Below are positions 26,134 to 38,887 of a stretch of 64,000 nt of DNA, piece by piece. Position 1 is the stretch's first letter. Every line of letters begins with the position of its first letter. This DNA comes from Laetmonice hystrix. Lineage: Eukaryota. The notes beneath the pieces are model-generated. The model was not told the DNA's origin. It worked only from the letters and a program-made list of their open reading frames with translations, and searched no databases. The position numbers and the translations under genes are program-made. The stretch lies in contig OZ249436.1 in NCBI GenBank assembly GCA_965235115.1, forward strand, positions 25,670,001-25,734,000, in the 5' to 3' direction.

Positions 26134-26321
26134 ATCCCATCCCCCCCATGGGGGATGGGATTTTATAGTTGTATGGTTTCGTCTTCCGTATTATTATCCC
26201 ATCCCCCCATGGGGGATGGGATTTTATAGTTGTATGGTTTCGTCTTCCGTATTATTATTATCCCATCCCCCATCAAGGGGATGGGATTTTGAAATTGTGT
26301 GGTTTCATCTTCCGTATTATT
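26134..26321 (+). repeat. Three stacked HINE-A heads (two 'gttgtatgg' type, one 'attgtgtgg' type)
   Basis: Heads start at 26134, 26196 and 26260. Confidence 0.9.
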
Positions 26322-27743
26322 CCCGTAGGTTGTAGTAGTTAGACTCATTCCCTTATAGCATCATATCTCACTCATTTTTCAAGATATCAATACGAAACTT
26401 GGTAGGCATATTAAGGACACCAGAGAGAAATGCCAGTTTGAAGCATGACGTCATATGACGTCATGTCATGACGTTATGACGTAGATTTTCTTTTGTACAT
26501 TTAGGCCCATTTTCTCAGCCCATATCGGGAATTTCAAAAATACCTCGTGCCACTATAATCAGGCAAGGGTGTTGCCTAAATATGACCCTTAATTTGACCT
26601 TTGGCCTTTGACCTTAGGGAGAACTGGGTCAAACGTCACAAATCTGTTAAATCGTAAATGCTTCCCCATTTTGGGGTAAAATTTGATAATATAGGGTAAA
26701 AACATTCTCCAATGAAAGCTTCAAAAAATAGAGCAGCGGATAAGCAATTTGATCTATTTTCACAGAACCACGTGACCTTGAAGTTTTGAATGTGGGTCTT
26801 TTCGGAGAATAATCGCTGTAACGTTTGAAAGACTCCAGACAGAGGCATAATTGTTCATGAACCTGATACACTTTGGTGGCCTCTTTAATTAGGTATCATA
26901 ATTTTTGTGTCACGTGACTTCTTACGTCATCTACAACGTCATTTGTGTAATTTGCATTAGCGACGGAATGGTAAGCTCACACCCTTTAATATGTATAGGG
27001 TAGGGACTTTAAAGTGTCTGCTATTTTATATTATAAATTTCAATGAGCAAAATTTATAATTAACAAGACAGCAGTTCAATATATACCAAAATAGTGAGGA
27101 CAGGCGGCGAATTTCACGATTAATGGATGACCTACTTAGTGACATGTTCCCTCTCTTATGTGGGTCAGTCCTGCGTGGACACGGTCGCTATGGTAGACTA
27201 AAAGTAGAGCATGTGTATATATCCGACATTATCACATCCTTCGTCATGAAATTTTAGGAGTAGCTTGCTAACATGTTAAGCTTCGGGCCTCTAAAATATA
27301 AAGGCAATACTCATTATAGTTTGGGCAGGCGACGGTTGGAAAGAGATGGGGGATGTTGGCAGCAGACACCCTGCAATGAACGCCCGCCCGCCTGCCTGCC
27401 TGCCTCCCCTGCTCACACCAACGAGTATAGAATTCTATACTCCTTGCTCACACTGACCACAATTATGGCCGTATCGCCGTTGCGAGTTTTGTTACCTGGT
27501 ATCAAACCTTTTGAGGAGACTTCTAATAATGAAAGGAAGTAGGCCTAATCATTCGTTACATGTAGGGGGTCTAAGTTTTTGAAATGCTTGCACATGTTGT
27601 CTGACCGCACATGTCTCTCCCAACCCTATTAATAGATGGAGCGCAGACAGGCAGGCAGTGGCGGTCTGCACATAAATTAAGGGATCAATTAGTGACCTGC
27701 AATTATCTTCTGCAACCCCCACCCTTGTTGCTGTTGGTTAACC

Positions 27744-27790
<47 letters not shown>

Positions 27791-28258
27791 GATCTTTCTC
27801 TCTCTCTCTGAAAGGCACACCACACCAAGCACACATGGACACAGATCTACTTCACATGTCGGGTGGCGCCCCCCCCCCCCCCATGTTGACTTAACGATTT
27901 ATCAGTGCCGATTACAGGGGTAAATATATACTTGCATGGGGTGACTCTTTCTTGTTTTCAATATTGAATGTATATGGCTAGCCTTGCCACATTTTCTACT
28001 TGAAAAAGCTCCCCTTTTTTCACCACATCTTCATCAGTAAGACATTAAATAAGACCCACATTATTAAGACCACATTATTTGGAGAAGTACCAGAGTAGGC
28101 CTAATTAGTGCTTGGGTACATGGGGGTTAGGGTGACTGAGATATCAGTAACACATTGAATAAGACCCACATTATTATGGCCACATTATTTGGAACAGCAG
28201 TTATTACGTCTCCCCCCAGCTGGGGGAGACGTTTTGTTTTGCACGCTGTTTCTGACCG

Positions 28259-28309
<51 letters not shown>

Positions 28310-29288
28310 TGTTTCTTTTATTTTCTTCTTTTTGGAATAACTCGGCCACTGTTAGAGAGGGAGTTATCAAATTTGAAATGGCCCGACAGAACCTTCTGAA
28401 AAATCTTTGTTTCTACTTATAGTGCCATTTGACCTTTGACCTCTTCTGTGGCACGAATGTGCCAACTTGTGCTGTGATCACGATAACGCGAGAAAAATAG
28501 CCTGAATCGATCCAAAATTGGTATGTCGGCCTTCTTTCATCCGGGGCTTGGACAAGTTCGAAAACCAGTTTGGTTGACCCAGAACTTTCAAGATGGCGGC
28601 TGATCTAAAAAAAATGGCACGTGCCATTTTTTTGCCAAAGCCATAACTCGGAAAATACTGGCTGGAATAACATCAAATTTGGTCAGCAGGGTCATCTATG
28701 TGCCAAATTTAGATTTCCCGGAGGACACGTTCCTGTGACCCCAGATGACCTCTGTGTGACCTTCAACATTTTCGAAGTGGTTGGGCGCTTACTTGACGTC
28801 AGCTCAAAAACTACCGGGGCTAGAAAGTCCTAATTTGGGGAAAAGACAACTGTGGATATTTTCTCGGGATTTTGCTATTTTTAGCACTTCATGACCTTTG
28901 ACCTCAGTACCGTGACAACCTTAGAGAAGCCTTTTATATATCCCAAACCCCTGACCGTATCTTTATGAAACTTGGTGGAGAAGAATCTCCAGGTCTTTGC
29001 CTACACCCGCTACATTAAGTGTTTTTCTCTACAGTTAATAGTTTCCGACTTATGCGGCTTACACAGCGCGTAAACAACTTGTTTCTGATTGGCTGTATGC
29101 TAATGAGTATCCAGAACTAGCGTGGGAAAAAAAATTCGCCAGCGGGCCCGCTCCCAGTCACTGGCCTGTGCGCCTGTTCTCAGCCGTTGTCCCTGGCAAC
29201 TCCCGCCAATCCCCAGTCAGGCGTCCTTCTCAGCCGTGGTAACTCCCCCTCAAACCCCTACACGGGCCGGCCGCCCGTCCCCCACCTA

Positions 29289-29690
29289 TGGAATACCGGC
29301 GACGACATGCGAGATGCGAGACAGTATTTTTCTTTTGAAATGCACGGGCATCAGGGGTAACCCAATTACTTTGACAATGTCCCTAAAGAGAAAAGTTGTA
29401 TAGTCCTCTACAGGAATCGAACCCAGGCCCTAAGATTACTGCACCCATTCGCATAGCATAAGGTGTCGACATCCATGCCCACTAGGCCACCGCGTGTTTG
29501 GGTTAGGGTAAAGGTTAGGCCTACGGTTAGTGTTAGTTTTCACTTTAGCCCCAAAATTATTGTTAAATAGGCACTAATTGAGCAGTGGATCGTGATGTCG
29601 GTGTCAATAAGAAACATTCTATGTGCTAAATTGACACTGTTCGGTTCCATGTCGCTTCTCGCATCTCGCATGTCGTCGCCGGTATTTCCA
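29289..29690. mobile_element. TA-flanked MITE containing a tRNA-like (Pol III A/B box) segment and TTAGG-like repeats
   Basis: TIR tggaataccggcgacgacatgcgagatgcgaga pairs with tctcgcatctcgcatgtcgtcgccggtatttcca, with TA on both sides. Minus-strand GGTGGCCTAGTGG lies at 29491-29479 and GGTTCGATTCC at 29423-29413. Confidence 0.7.
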
Positions 29691-29820
29691 TACCCCACCA
29701 CCGCAGATCCCACAACTGAGTTACATAACACTTCCACGCTCCACCAACAACCACCAACTCCTTTACCACAGCCAGCACATCGCACACACACACCCACACC
29801 CCTACCCACATACATATGTG

Positions 29821-29990
29821 GCGGTGACCTAGTGGGCATGGATGTCGACACCTTATGCTATGCGAATGGGTGCAGTAATCTTAGGGCCTGGGTTCGATTC
29901 CTGTAGAGGACTATACAACTTTTCTCTTTAGGGACATTGTCAAAGTAATTGGGTTACCCCTGATGCCCGTGCATTTCAAAAGAAAAATAC
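29821..29990 (+). repeat. Inverted ~170-bp copy of 29324-29492 with Pol III-type A/B boxes
   Basis: A-box-like GGTGACCTAGTGG at 29823-29835 and B-box GGTTCGATTCC at 29891-29901. It is a near-perfect reverse complement of 29324-29492. Confidence 0.8.
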
Positions 29991-30009
29991 ATACCTTATC
30001 GTCATCGGT

Positions 30010-31270
30010 ATTTTCAGCTAGCAGTAACTTGGCAATAGAGCCAGATAGGCCCATAGTTACTATTGAAGACAGATAGGAGTCATATATGGCCTTTAAAATG
30101 ACACCATTTTTATTTAGGTCACGTGACCCTACGTGACTCTATGACGTCATCAGTATTTTCAATTAGCAGTAACTTGGAAATAGAGCCAGATAGGCCCATA
30201 GTTACTATTGAAGACAGATAGAAAGTCATTATGGCCTTAAAAATGACACAATTTTTAATTAGGTCACGTGACCCTACGTGACTCTATGACATCATCGGTA
30301 TTTTCAATTAGCAATAACTTGGAAACAGAGCCAGATAGGCCCATAGTTACTATTGTAGACAGATAGGAAGTCATATATGGCCTTTAAAATGACACCATTT
30401 TTAATTAGGTCACGTGACCCTACGTGACTCTATGACATCATCGGTATTTTCAATTAGCAATAACTTGGAAACAGAGCCAGATAGGCCCATAGTTACTATT
30501 GTAGACAGATAGGAAGCACAGATTACCATACACAAACAGATTGGAAACGGCCATAGTAATGACGTGAAACAAAGATGGCGTCACAATTCAGTGATTTGTC
30601 AGTGGCGACACCATGCGTCGGAGGAGATAAACTAAACGCCCTCCATAGGAAAAGCATAGCGTGACAGGTTTAGGACAACATATCTGACAAATGACCTGCA
30701 TTTGGTGGCAGGTGTAAAAAAAAATATAGTACTCGGATACCCAGGGTAGCCATATTTTCCCGCTAGGCTACCAACCTATGTCCAAAATGGGACTGAGGAC
30801 GTTCCCAGCCGGGCTCATGCATAACTTGCCATAGGCGCATTGTAGTTTATCTCACCATTCGCCAGGTGTCACTAGTGGCCACGGGCGAAAACCGGAAGTT
30901 TCAAATCGGCCTATCTCGTTTCCAATCTGTTTGTGTATGCTAATCTGTGGTCATATATGGCCTTTCAAATGACACCATTTTTAATTAGGTCATGTGACCA
31001 TATAGCTGTATGACGTCATCAGTGTTTTCAGCTGGCAGTAACTTGGAAAAAGAGCCAGATAGGCCCATACGTACTAGTGATACCCATAGGAAGTCATATA
31101 TGGCCTTTCAAATGACACCACTTTTAGTTAGGTCACATGACCCTACGTTGCCCTATGACGTCATTGGTATTTTAAGATGGCTGTAACTTAGAAACAGAGC
31201 CAGATGGGTCCATGGTTCCTATTAAACTCATATGGAAAATCATATATGAGTTTTCAATTTACGTCAATTT
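30010..31270. repeat. 145-146-bp core repeats of HINE-B (related to the HINE-A 146-bp monomer), interrupted by a MITE
   Basis: gagccagataggcccatagttactattg occurs at 30038, 30183, 30328 and 30474, with further copies after 30950. Confidence 0.85.
30517..30949. mobile_element. 433-bp CACAG...CTGTG MITE (CACTA/EnSpm-like) with an apparent 1-bp TSD
   Basis: TIR cacagattaccatacacaaacagattggaaacg pairs with cgtttccaatctgtttgtgtatgctaatctgtg. The filled site is ggaag[..]gtcata and the empty site is ggaagtcata in neighbouring monomers. Confidence 0.85.
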
Positions 31271-31319
31271 AAATGCTGTCACGTGACCCCATCTGGCTTA
31301 ATGACCCTTTTTAGGTAAT

Positions 31320-32000
31320 TTTCAACCAAAGATCAGTGATATCTCGAAAACGGTTAAAGATATCAATGTCTGGGTTTCACCTTTGGGTTTAGCATAAAAA
31401 ACTTGACCCATCCTCAGCGAATTTGAAAAATCCAAGATGGCGGCCAAGTTGACCTAATTTCCAATTTCAGCACCATTGGATTGGGTAATAGGTCCACTAT
31501 CTCTGACACCGAGATGGCTCCCCTAAATTCGATAGTTTCCATCTTATGGCCCCTCAAAGTTGGCCCTTTTAGGTTATTTTCAACCAAACATCAGTGATAC
31601 CTCGAAAACGGTTAAAGATATCAATGTCTGGTTTTGACCATTGGGTTTGGGATGAAAACCTTGAGCCATTTTCCCTGAATTTGAAAAATCCAAGATGGCG
31701 GCCAAGTTGACCTAATTTCCGATGTTAACACCATTGTATTGGGTAATAGGTCAGCTGTCTCTGACACCGAGATGGCTCCCCTAAAATCAATAGTTTCCAA
31801 GTTATGGCTCTTCAAAGTTGGCCCTTTTAGGTCATTTTCAACCAAAAATCAGTGATATCTCTAAAACGGTTAAAGATATCAACGTCTGGTTTTCACCATT
31901 GGGGTTAGGATGGAAAACTTGACCCATTTAAACAGAATTTAAAAAATCCAAGATGGCGGCCAAGTTGACCTAATTTCCGATTTTAACACCATTGACTGGT
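31320..32000. repeat. 258-bp tandem repeat (~2.7 copies) within HINE-B
   Basis: ttcaaccaaa..tcagtgata occurs at 31321, 31579 and 31837. Confidence 0.85.
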
Positions 32001-32080
32001 GAATGGGATACCTGTGCCCTGGGCACCTCGCAACTAGTTAATCTTTTCTTTCGCATAGAAAATCTGCCATAGCTATATCA

Positions 32081-32135
32081 TTACGTCTCCCCCCAGCTGG
32101 GGGAGACGTTTTGTTTTGCACGCTGTTTCTGACCG

Positions 32136-32178
<43 letters not shown>

Positions 32179-33754
32179 TGTTTCTTTTATTTCCTTCTTT
32201 TTGGAATAACTCGGCCACTGTTAGAGAGGGAGTTATCAAATTTGAAATGCCCTGACAGAACCTTCTGAAAAATCTTTGTTTCTAATTATAGTGCCATTTG
32301 ACCTTTGACCTCTTCCGTGGCACGAATGTGCCAACTTGTGCTGTGATCACGATAACGCGAGAAAAATAGCCTGAATCGATCCAAAATTGGTATGTCGGCC
32401 TTCTTTTATCCGGGGCTTGGACAAGTTCGATAACCAGTTTGGTTGACCTAGAACTTTCAAGATGGCGGCTGATCTAAAAATAATGGCACGTGCCATTTTT
32501 TTGCCAAAGCCATAACTCGGAAAATACTGGCTGGAATAACATCAAATTTGGTCAGCAGGGTCATCTATGTGCCAAATTTAGATTTCCCGGAGGACACGTT
32601 CGTGTGACCCCAGATGACCTCTATGTGACCTTCAACATTTTCGAAGTGGTTGGGCGCTTACTTGACATCAGCCCAAAAACTACCGGGGCTAGAAAGTCCT
32701 AATTTGGGGAAAAGACAACTGTGGATATTTTCTCGGGATTTTGCTATTTTTAGCACTTCATGACCTTTGACCTCAGTACCGTGCCAACCTTAGAGAAGCC
32801 TTTCATATCTTCCGAACCCATTACCGTATCTTTATGAAACTTGGTGGAGAAGAATCTCCAGGTCTTTGCCTACATCGCTACACTAAGTGTTATTCTCTAC
32901 AGTTAATAGTTTCCGACTTATGTGGCCGTCTTTCCGACACACAGCCACACAGCGTAAAACGCTCGCGTGTCGCGTAAACAAGGGTCCACCACCACTAGGT
33001 CAGGGGTCGTTGCCCGGCAACAAGGTGCCTGACCTCGCCACGCCTGCATCTATTTACAGGAGGTCAGATCCTAAGCTGGTTCTCGGCTCACTCGCTCTGG
33101 GGTCGACGCGAGTAGGAGCCGGTAACACCTACTGAGAGCTTGGCTGTCATTGGTCACACTCCCGTCTTTGATAGCTCGCTTATTATTGGCTTATCTAAAA
33201 ATACATTAAGGATGTGCCTCTGTGATGGCCGCGCTGCCCATATTTTATCTTCTTCTTATGCCGGCCAACGACACCACCTTCTTCCTTTCCTGGCACATTC
33301 TGACGCGTCAGGCAGTATCAAGCAGTCGGTATAGCTTAGTCGAAGACGCACTACCATTATCACAACCCTTTCATTCACCCAAAACTGCTTTGGACTACCG
33401 CATATTACCCCGGCCCAAGGGTGTAGCTAGGGGGGTTTCCGGGTTGTCTGGAACCCCTCCCCTCCCCCAAAAAGATAATTAATAGATAATTAAGTAACTA
33501 AATAGATCTATATGAATGACTAATATTATGGTTGCCCCCCCCCCCCCGCATCTCAGTTGGACCCCCCCCCCGCATCTCAGTTCTGCCTACACCTCTGGCC
33601 GCGCTACTAATATTATTATATCGGGGTTTTTTTGCATAGAAAATCTGCCATAGCTCGCAACACACTTCTTTCAGACTAGTTAGGTCAAACAATATATAAT
33701 GTGATTGATTTAAAAAAGGGGAGACGTCCTGTTCGGACTGAACAATTTCTAGTT
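32081..33754 (+). mobile_element. HINE family B inner copy nested near the 3' end of the outer copy
   Basis: A second identical 5' palindrome starts at 32083. The first CTAGTT end is at 33749-33754, after which the outer 3' end resumes (gcaacacac...ggggagacgt...CTAGTT, 33859-33864). Confidence 0.85.
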
Positions 33755-35006
33755 GCTTTTGCAACACACTACTTTCATACTAATTAGTCCTCTCTCAAAA
33801 ATTATATGATGTCATTACTTTAAAAAAGGGGAGACGTCCTGTTCGGACTGAACAATTTCTAGTTAGTACTTGGTATATGGGGATCGGGGGTGACAGACGC
33901 CCTTCTCCTTAATCGGACTGAAGTCAGCGGGCTGGGGAGGGGGACTGGCGGTGGAAGGGACGTCCTGGCGGGAGGGAAGGTCGCCACCGCTACTGCTGCA
34001 AACCCTTCATCTAGGTATAGGTATGATTCCCTGACCAACAGTTCTCAGAACAGACGAACCCGATTTTGGCCCAAAACCCACAAGATTTACTTTCTACTCA
34101 CATACACACACCTGGACACTGCCCACTGCACTGCGTTCCGTTTCATTAAATATCCCCATAAAAGACTGGCGGATGATCCAGGATTTTGCGTTGGGATGGG
34201 GGGGGGGTGGTGGTGGTGAAGGTAATTTTAGCGACATGATAACTGTGGTATATTCTTTCTTTCATACCGCATGTTAAGTAGGGTTGTATAAATAAAGGAT
34301 ATACACCGTTCAAAAGCACGGTTCCCTGGTTTATCGTAGATTTAACCATTTGGCCACCATATCCCTGCTACTGGCAAAGAGGCGCCTTCGAAAACTATAT
34401 TAAAAAGCATCATTCTGCAGAAGTTCATGGCGCTGCTCGGCAGGCGAAGGGCTGAGGACACGTGTTCCCACGCTTACCTGCCGCCCCCTGGTGGCCGCAT
34501 ATACTTTGTGAACATGGGTGCCGAAAAAGTGGTGTTTATTTTTCAAACTTTCAGCCTATATGAACTGTTGTACATTCTGTAAATAGCTGACTACACCATC
34601 TGAAAGGAAATTCTCTTTAGGGCCTATCTTGAAAATCATCCCGTTTTACATGCAATTTAATACCTTTCTTTTGCTCCAAAATGGGCCAAAGCATTCAAAT
34701 CTCAATATTTGCTGAGGCATGTCCTATCCCTTAGCGCTCGCCCATTGGTTCTACAAGGCCGGGATCGCAGCACCTACAGATGGAGCCACCAAATTGCAGA
34801 CTGTATAAAGCACTGCTCTGTTTGGCTCAGAGCCTAATCACAAAAATAAAAGATAAAATGCATAATACTCGCATAGTAACGTAAAATCACCTTATAAAAG
34901 TATAAGTATGTTCATATTTTAGTATAATCCTGCTGTGTCGCTTAATGATTTACTTTGTCCTGTAAGTGTAACTGCTAAACGGTGCCAGAAAGGCCCATAG
35001 TCACTC

Positions 35007-35300
35007 CAATCTAATTAAAATTAGATCTTAGTTATTTCGCATGCGCTACATACTAGGATCTAACGGCATCCCGTATGGGGTCACCTCAGGCTGACCTTTG
35101 ACCCAGATTCAAGTGTGCCGTTGAAAATGCCTACGAGCGCACACCGAAGATTTCGTAGGCGGCTCGCTGATTGGCTGAATCCCGAGGTCAACCTGAGGTG
35201 ACCCCTAATGGGATGTCCTTAGATCTAGGTATGGAGCGCAGCCAGCACCGACACAGCCGAGAGAGACGCGGAATACCAAGATCTAATTTTAATTAGATTG
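35007..35300. mobile_element. 294-bp MITE with 10-bp TSD (Mutator-like)
   Basis: TIR caatctaattaaaattagatctt pairs with aagatctaattttaattagattg. ATAGTCACTC lies at 34997-35006 and 35301-35310, with a single copy at the empty site ~22457. Confidence 0.85.
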
Positions 35301-35314
35301 ATAGTCACTCTTAA

Positions 35315-35841
35315 AGGGAGTCGTAAAATTCATTTTTTTCGATTTATGGCAGTCTTAGAAACATATGATTCGCATACCTTGGACTCCCAGTAACATCATG
35401 TGAGACTGTTATGGCCCAGCGACCAGTATTTAGTAAGGAAAATATGCCAAATCTCTCGCAAATACGTAGCTCAGAATTAGCGAGCGGCCCACACGATATT
35501 TGAGTTGGCCGCGGTCGGGCGATGATGACGCGTGATCACGTGACTTCCGGGTGTGGAAGGGAATCTCCCTCTAGTCTAATGTTGACCTAAATACCGCATG
35601 TACACCCGGAAGTCACGTGATCACGCGTCATCATCGCCCGACCGCGGCCAACTCAAATATCCTGTGGGCCACTCGCTAATTCTGAGCTACGTATTTGCGA
35701 GAGATTTGGCATATTTTCCTTACTAAATACTGGTCGCTGGGCCATAACAGTCTCACATGATGTTACTGGGAGTCCAAGGTATGCGAATCATATGTTTCTA
35801 AGACTGCCATAAATCGAAAAAAATGAATTTTACGACTCCCT
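35315..35841. mobile_element. 527-bp foldback MITE with TTAA TSD and AG...CT termini (Kolobok-like)
   Basis: Near-perfect 240-bp arms at 35315-35554 and 35602-35841. TTAA lies at 35311-35314 and 35842-35845, with a single TTAA at the empty site ~22467. Confidence 0.9.
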
Positions 35842-36163
35842 TTAAACACGATGGAAAGATATGCTCTTTTAATATTTATTATATAGCATATCGTATGACG
35901 TCATATTGACGTCATTGACATATTCTCAAAATTTCCACAGGCCTGCACATGCTAAACGGTGCTGAACCCTGTATCTTTGCCCCCCCCCCCCCTGGAAAAT
36001 TATCTTCCGATGCCTATGATAATGATGGCATTGGAATTTCTTGTGAAAGGTACAAGATGGAACAATGTTTCATGTTGAAAACGAATAGAATACAATGGGT
36101 CGGACGGGAACGCCCCAGGGGGATGGGATTCATAATGTGGCTATCGCCACATCCTATCTAGTT

Positions 36164-38306
36164 ATTCCCGTAGTAGTTAGACTATTCACTAAATATATCC
36201 ATATCTCGCTCATTTTTCATGATATCAAAGCAAAACTTGGTAGGCATATTGAGGACGCCAAAGAGTATTGCCAGTTTGAAGCATGACGTCATATGACGTC
36301 ACGTCATGACGTCATGACGTAAATTGTGTTTTGTGCATTGAGGCCCATTTTCTAAGCTCATATTGGGAATTTCAAAAACGCCTCATAGCAATATAATCAG
36401 GCATGGGTGTTGCCTAAATCTGACACTTGATTTGACCTTTGACCTTTAAGCTTAGAGAGAACTGGGTCAGAGGTCACAAATCGGTTAAATCGATTCTTCT
36501 TCCCCATTTTTTGGTGAAATTTGACAATATCTAGTAGAATCATTCTCCACTGAAAGCTCCAAAAACTGGTGCATCGGGTAAGCAATTTGACCTATTTTCA
36601 CTGAACCACGTGACCTTGAAATTTTGAACTTCGGTCATTTTGAAAGGTCCTTGCTGTAACTTTTGAAAGATTTAAGACAGAGCCTTAATTGTTCATTAAC
36701 TTTATAAAGGTTTATGTCCTCTTTAATTACGTACCATAATTTTTGTATCACGAGACTTGTGATGTCATCTATGACGTCATCTTTCTGATTTATGTAACCG
36801 AACTTCTACGGGCTGTATCTTGAAAGGTATTGAACATAGCCATATGCAAGTACGTCTGTTATAAAGTGCATAGAGTCAGGTATACCACTGATTGTTTAAT
36901 TCTTTTTCTCGAAAGGCAATATAGCCAAAATCATAAGTTTTCATGGGTATAGTCTTCACAAATTATTATGTTTGGCACTAGGATTGTTGCAGTCTCTGTA
37001 TACACAGACCGCCCGCAGTGTGAGCTGGTGCCGCCCGGCGCTGGCCGGGGCTGAGAGTTATGTAATTGCTGCTGATAAGGCCGGCTGGTGTCGACTACCC
37101 GGTCGTCCCAGTCAGGGTGGGGTTGGAGGAATCTGCATGTCCAGAACAGCCCCAACTGAATTAGCTGTGCTTTAGAGCTGTATGTGTAACTGTCTAATAC
37201 ATATTTTTTTAATCTTATATTGGAGGAAAGCAATAAAACAAAACTCTCATGAAGGCTGTCTTCTTAAAGTTACAAAACAACTCTTGGCCAGCTGTCCTTG
37301 GTTTAGTGAGCCAGCAGATTGATGTGGATAGATTTCACAGTTTGGGCCGGTGGGTCATGAGTCACTATACTCCCCCTTTCCTCCCAATCAGGGCAGGGTT
37401 GGAGGATTAGGCCTATGTGTATTCAGAACAGACATAACTGAATTAACTGTGGTTCTGAACTGTAGGTATAACTGTCTAATACATAGATGTTTTTGAATCT
37501 TACATAGGAGGAGAGTTGCACTAGATATGTTGTGGAGTACTATAACGATTTTCAGAGGCCTGTAAGTAAAACTGCTAAACGGTGCGAGATACTCTCATAG
37601 TTACTATTAAACATGAATGGAAAGATTATGCTCTTTCAATCGATACCAATATTATTTATGCAGCGTGCCGTCAAAAGCTTTCTCACACTCAGGTACAGGT
37701 GCTGACATCTCCACCTTCAGCCTCAAAGGGAAATATTCCCAGACTAGCAACTCATGATGGCATTACCGTGAAAAGCTAGCTAGCGAACCATATTGACCGG
37801 GGGTGGGCCATATTGACCAACTACCTGGGCCATATCAACCAGGCCATATCGGTCATGGGCCATATCGACCGGAGACCATAATGATCATATTATGACGGTA
37901 TTGGAATCCCTGAAAAAATGACTTATTTATATCGTGGCTTTGTAATGTTGATAGAGTGTGAAGAATGCACCTCTCCGGACCGTTATAATCGGTTATGCTA
38001 CCTATAAAACCCAAATATATATCACATGGAATTTTGGAAATTTCTCAGGGAATTCTCAGGAAAAACTCAGGGAATTGGATGTTCACAAAAAGCAGGGAAC
38101 CCTGCTTTCATTTGACGCCAAGATTCATGATGTACAGCAGCGTACTGTCTGACATCATAATGACATTATTGGCATCTATTAAGGCAAGGATTATAACTTG
38201 TGATAGGTGCAAGACGGAGCCATGTTTCATGTTGAAAATTAGTAGAACGGGAACGCCCCAGGGGGATGGGATTCATAATGTGGCCATCACCACATCCTAT
38301 CTAGTT
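36164..38306 (+). mobile_element. HINE-A unit U6 (headless, U1-type body, uninterrupted, ~2.1 kb)
   Basis: Starts attcccgtag after CTAGTT. It is a diverged paralog of 604-2206 joined to 9781-10576. CTAG lies at 38301-38304. Confidence 0.8.
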
Positions 38307-38887
38307 ATCCCATCCCCCCGATAGGGGGATGGGATCTTAAAGTTGTATGGTTTCGTCTTCCGTATTATTATTCCCGTCAGTAGTAGTAGTAGTAGTAGTT
38401 GTAGTAGTTGCATTTGTGCATGTAGCTCAGTCATTGATAAAGATATCCAAATGAAACTTGGCAGGGACATTCACCATGGTAGGGAGAATCGATCCATATA
38501 ACCATTACGTCATATGACGTCACATCATGACGTCATGACGTAAATTGTATTTTAGACTTATAGGCATTTCTTGAAGCCATATTCTATACTTTCCCAAGAC
38601 TTTTTATAGCTGAATAATCGGACATATACTCTTTTTACTACTCTCCATTATTTTGACCTTTGACCTTTGAGGTCATGGAAAAGTAGGTCATATGTCCGAA
38701 AGTGGTCAAATCCCTACTCCTCTGCCATTTTTTGAGAAAATATGACAATTTTTGGTGGACAGGCCTTTTGTAGTGAGCTTTGTTTGAAACCGCATGGAAT
38801 ATGACATTTGACCTATTTTCGCTGTACCACGTGACTTTGAAGTTTGACACTTTTTACATTTTTTTCGAAAACTGCTTCAGTCATCTA

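Larger units (their letters stand above)
28203..33864 (+). mobile_element. HINE family B (outer copy)
   Basis: 5' palindrome acgtctccccccagctgggggagacgt plus (TTTC)n. 3' ggggagacgt + hairpin tgttcg-gac-tgaaca + atttCTAGTT. The empty site gaacagcagttagttagtac lies at ~13292. Confidence 0.85.
26260..36163 (+). mobile_element. HINE-A unit U5 (U2-type) with family-B HINEs and two MITEs inserted
   Basis: Near-identical to 10577-14784 outside the insertions. CTAG lies at 36158-36161. Confidence 0.8.

Noticed and set aside
29821..29910. Functional tRNA gene
   Set aside because: A/B boxes are present but no convincing cloverleaf or acceptor stem was seen, and it is embedded in repeats. Treated as tRNA-like only.
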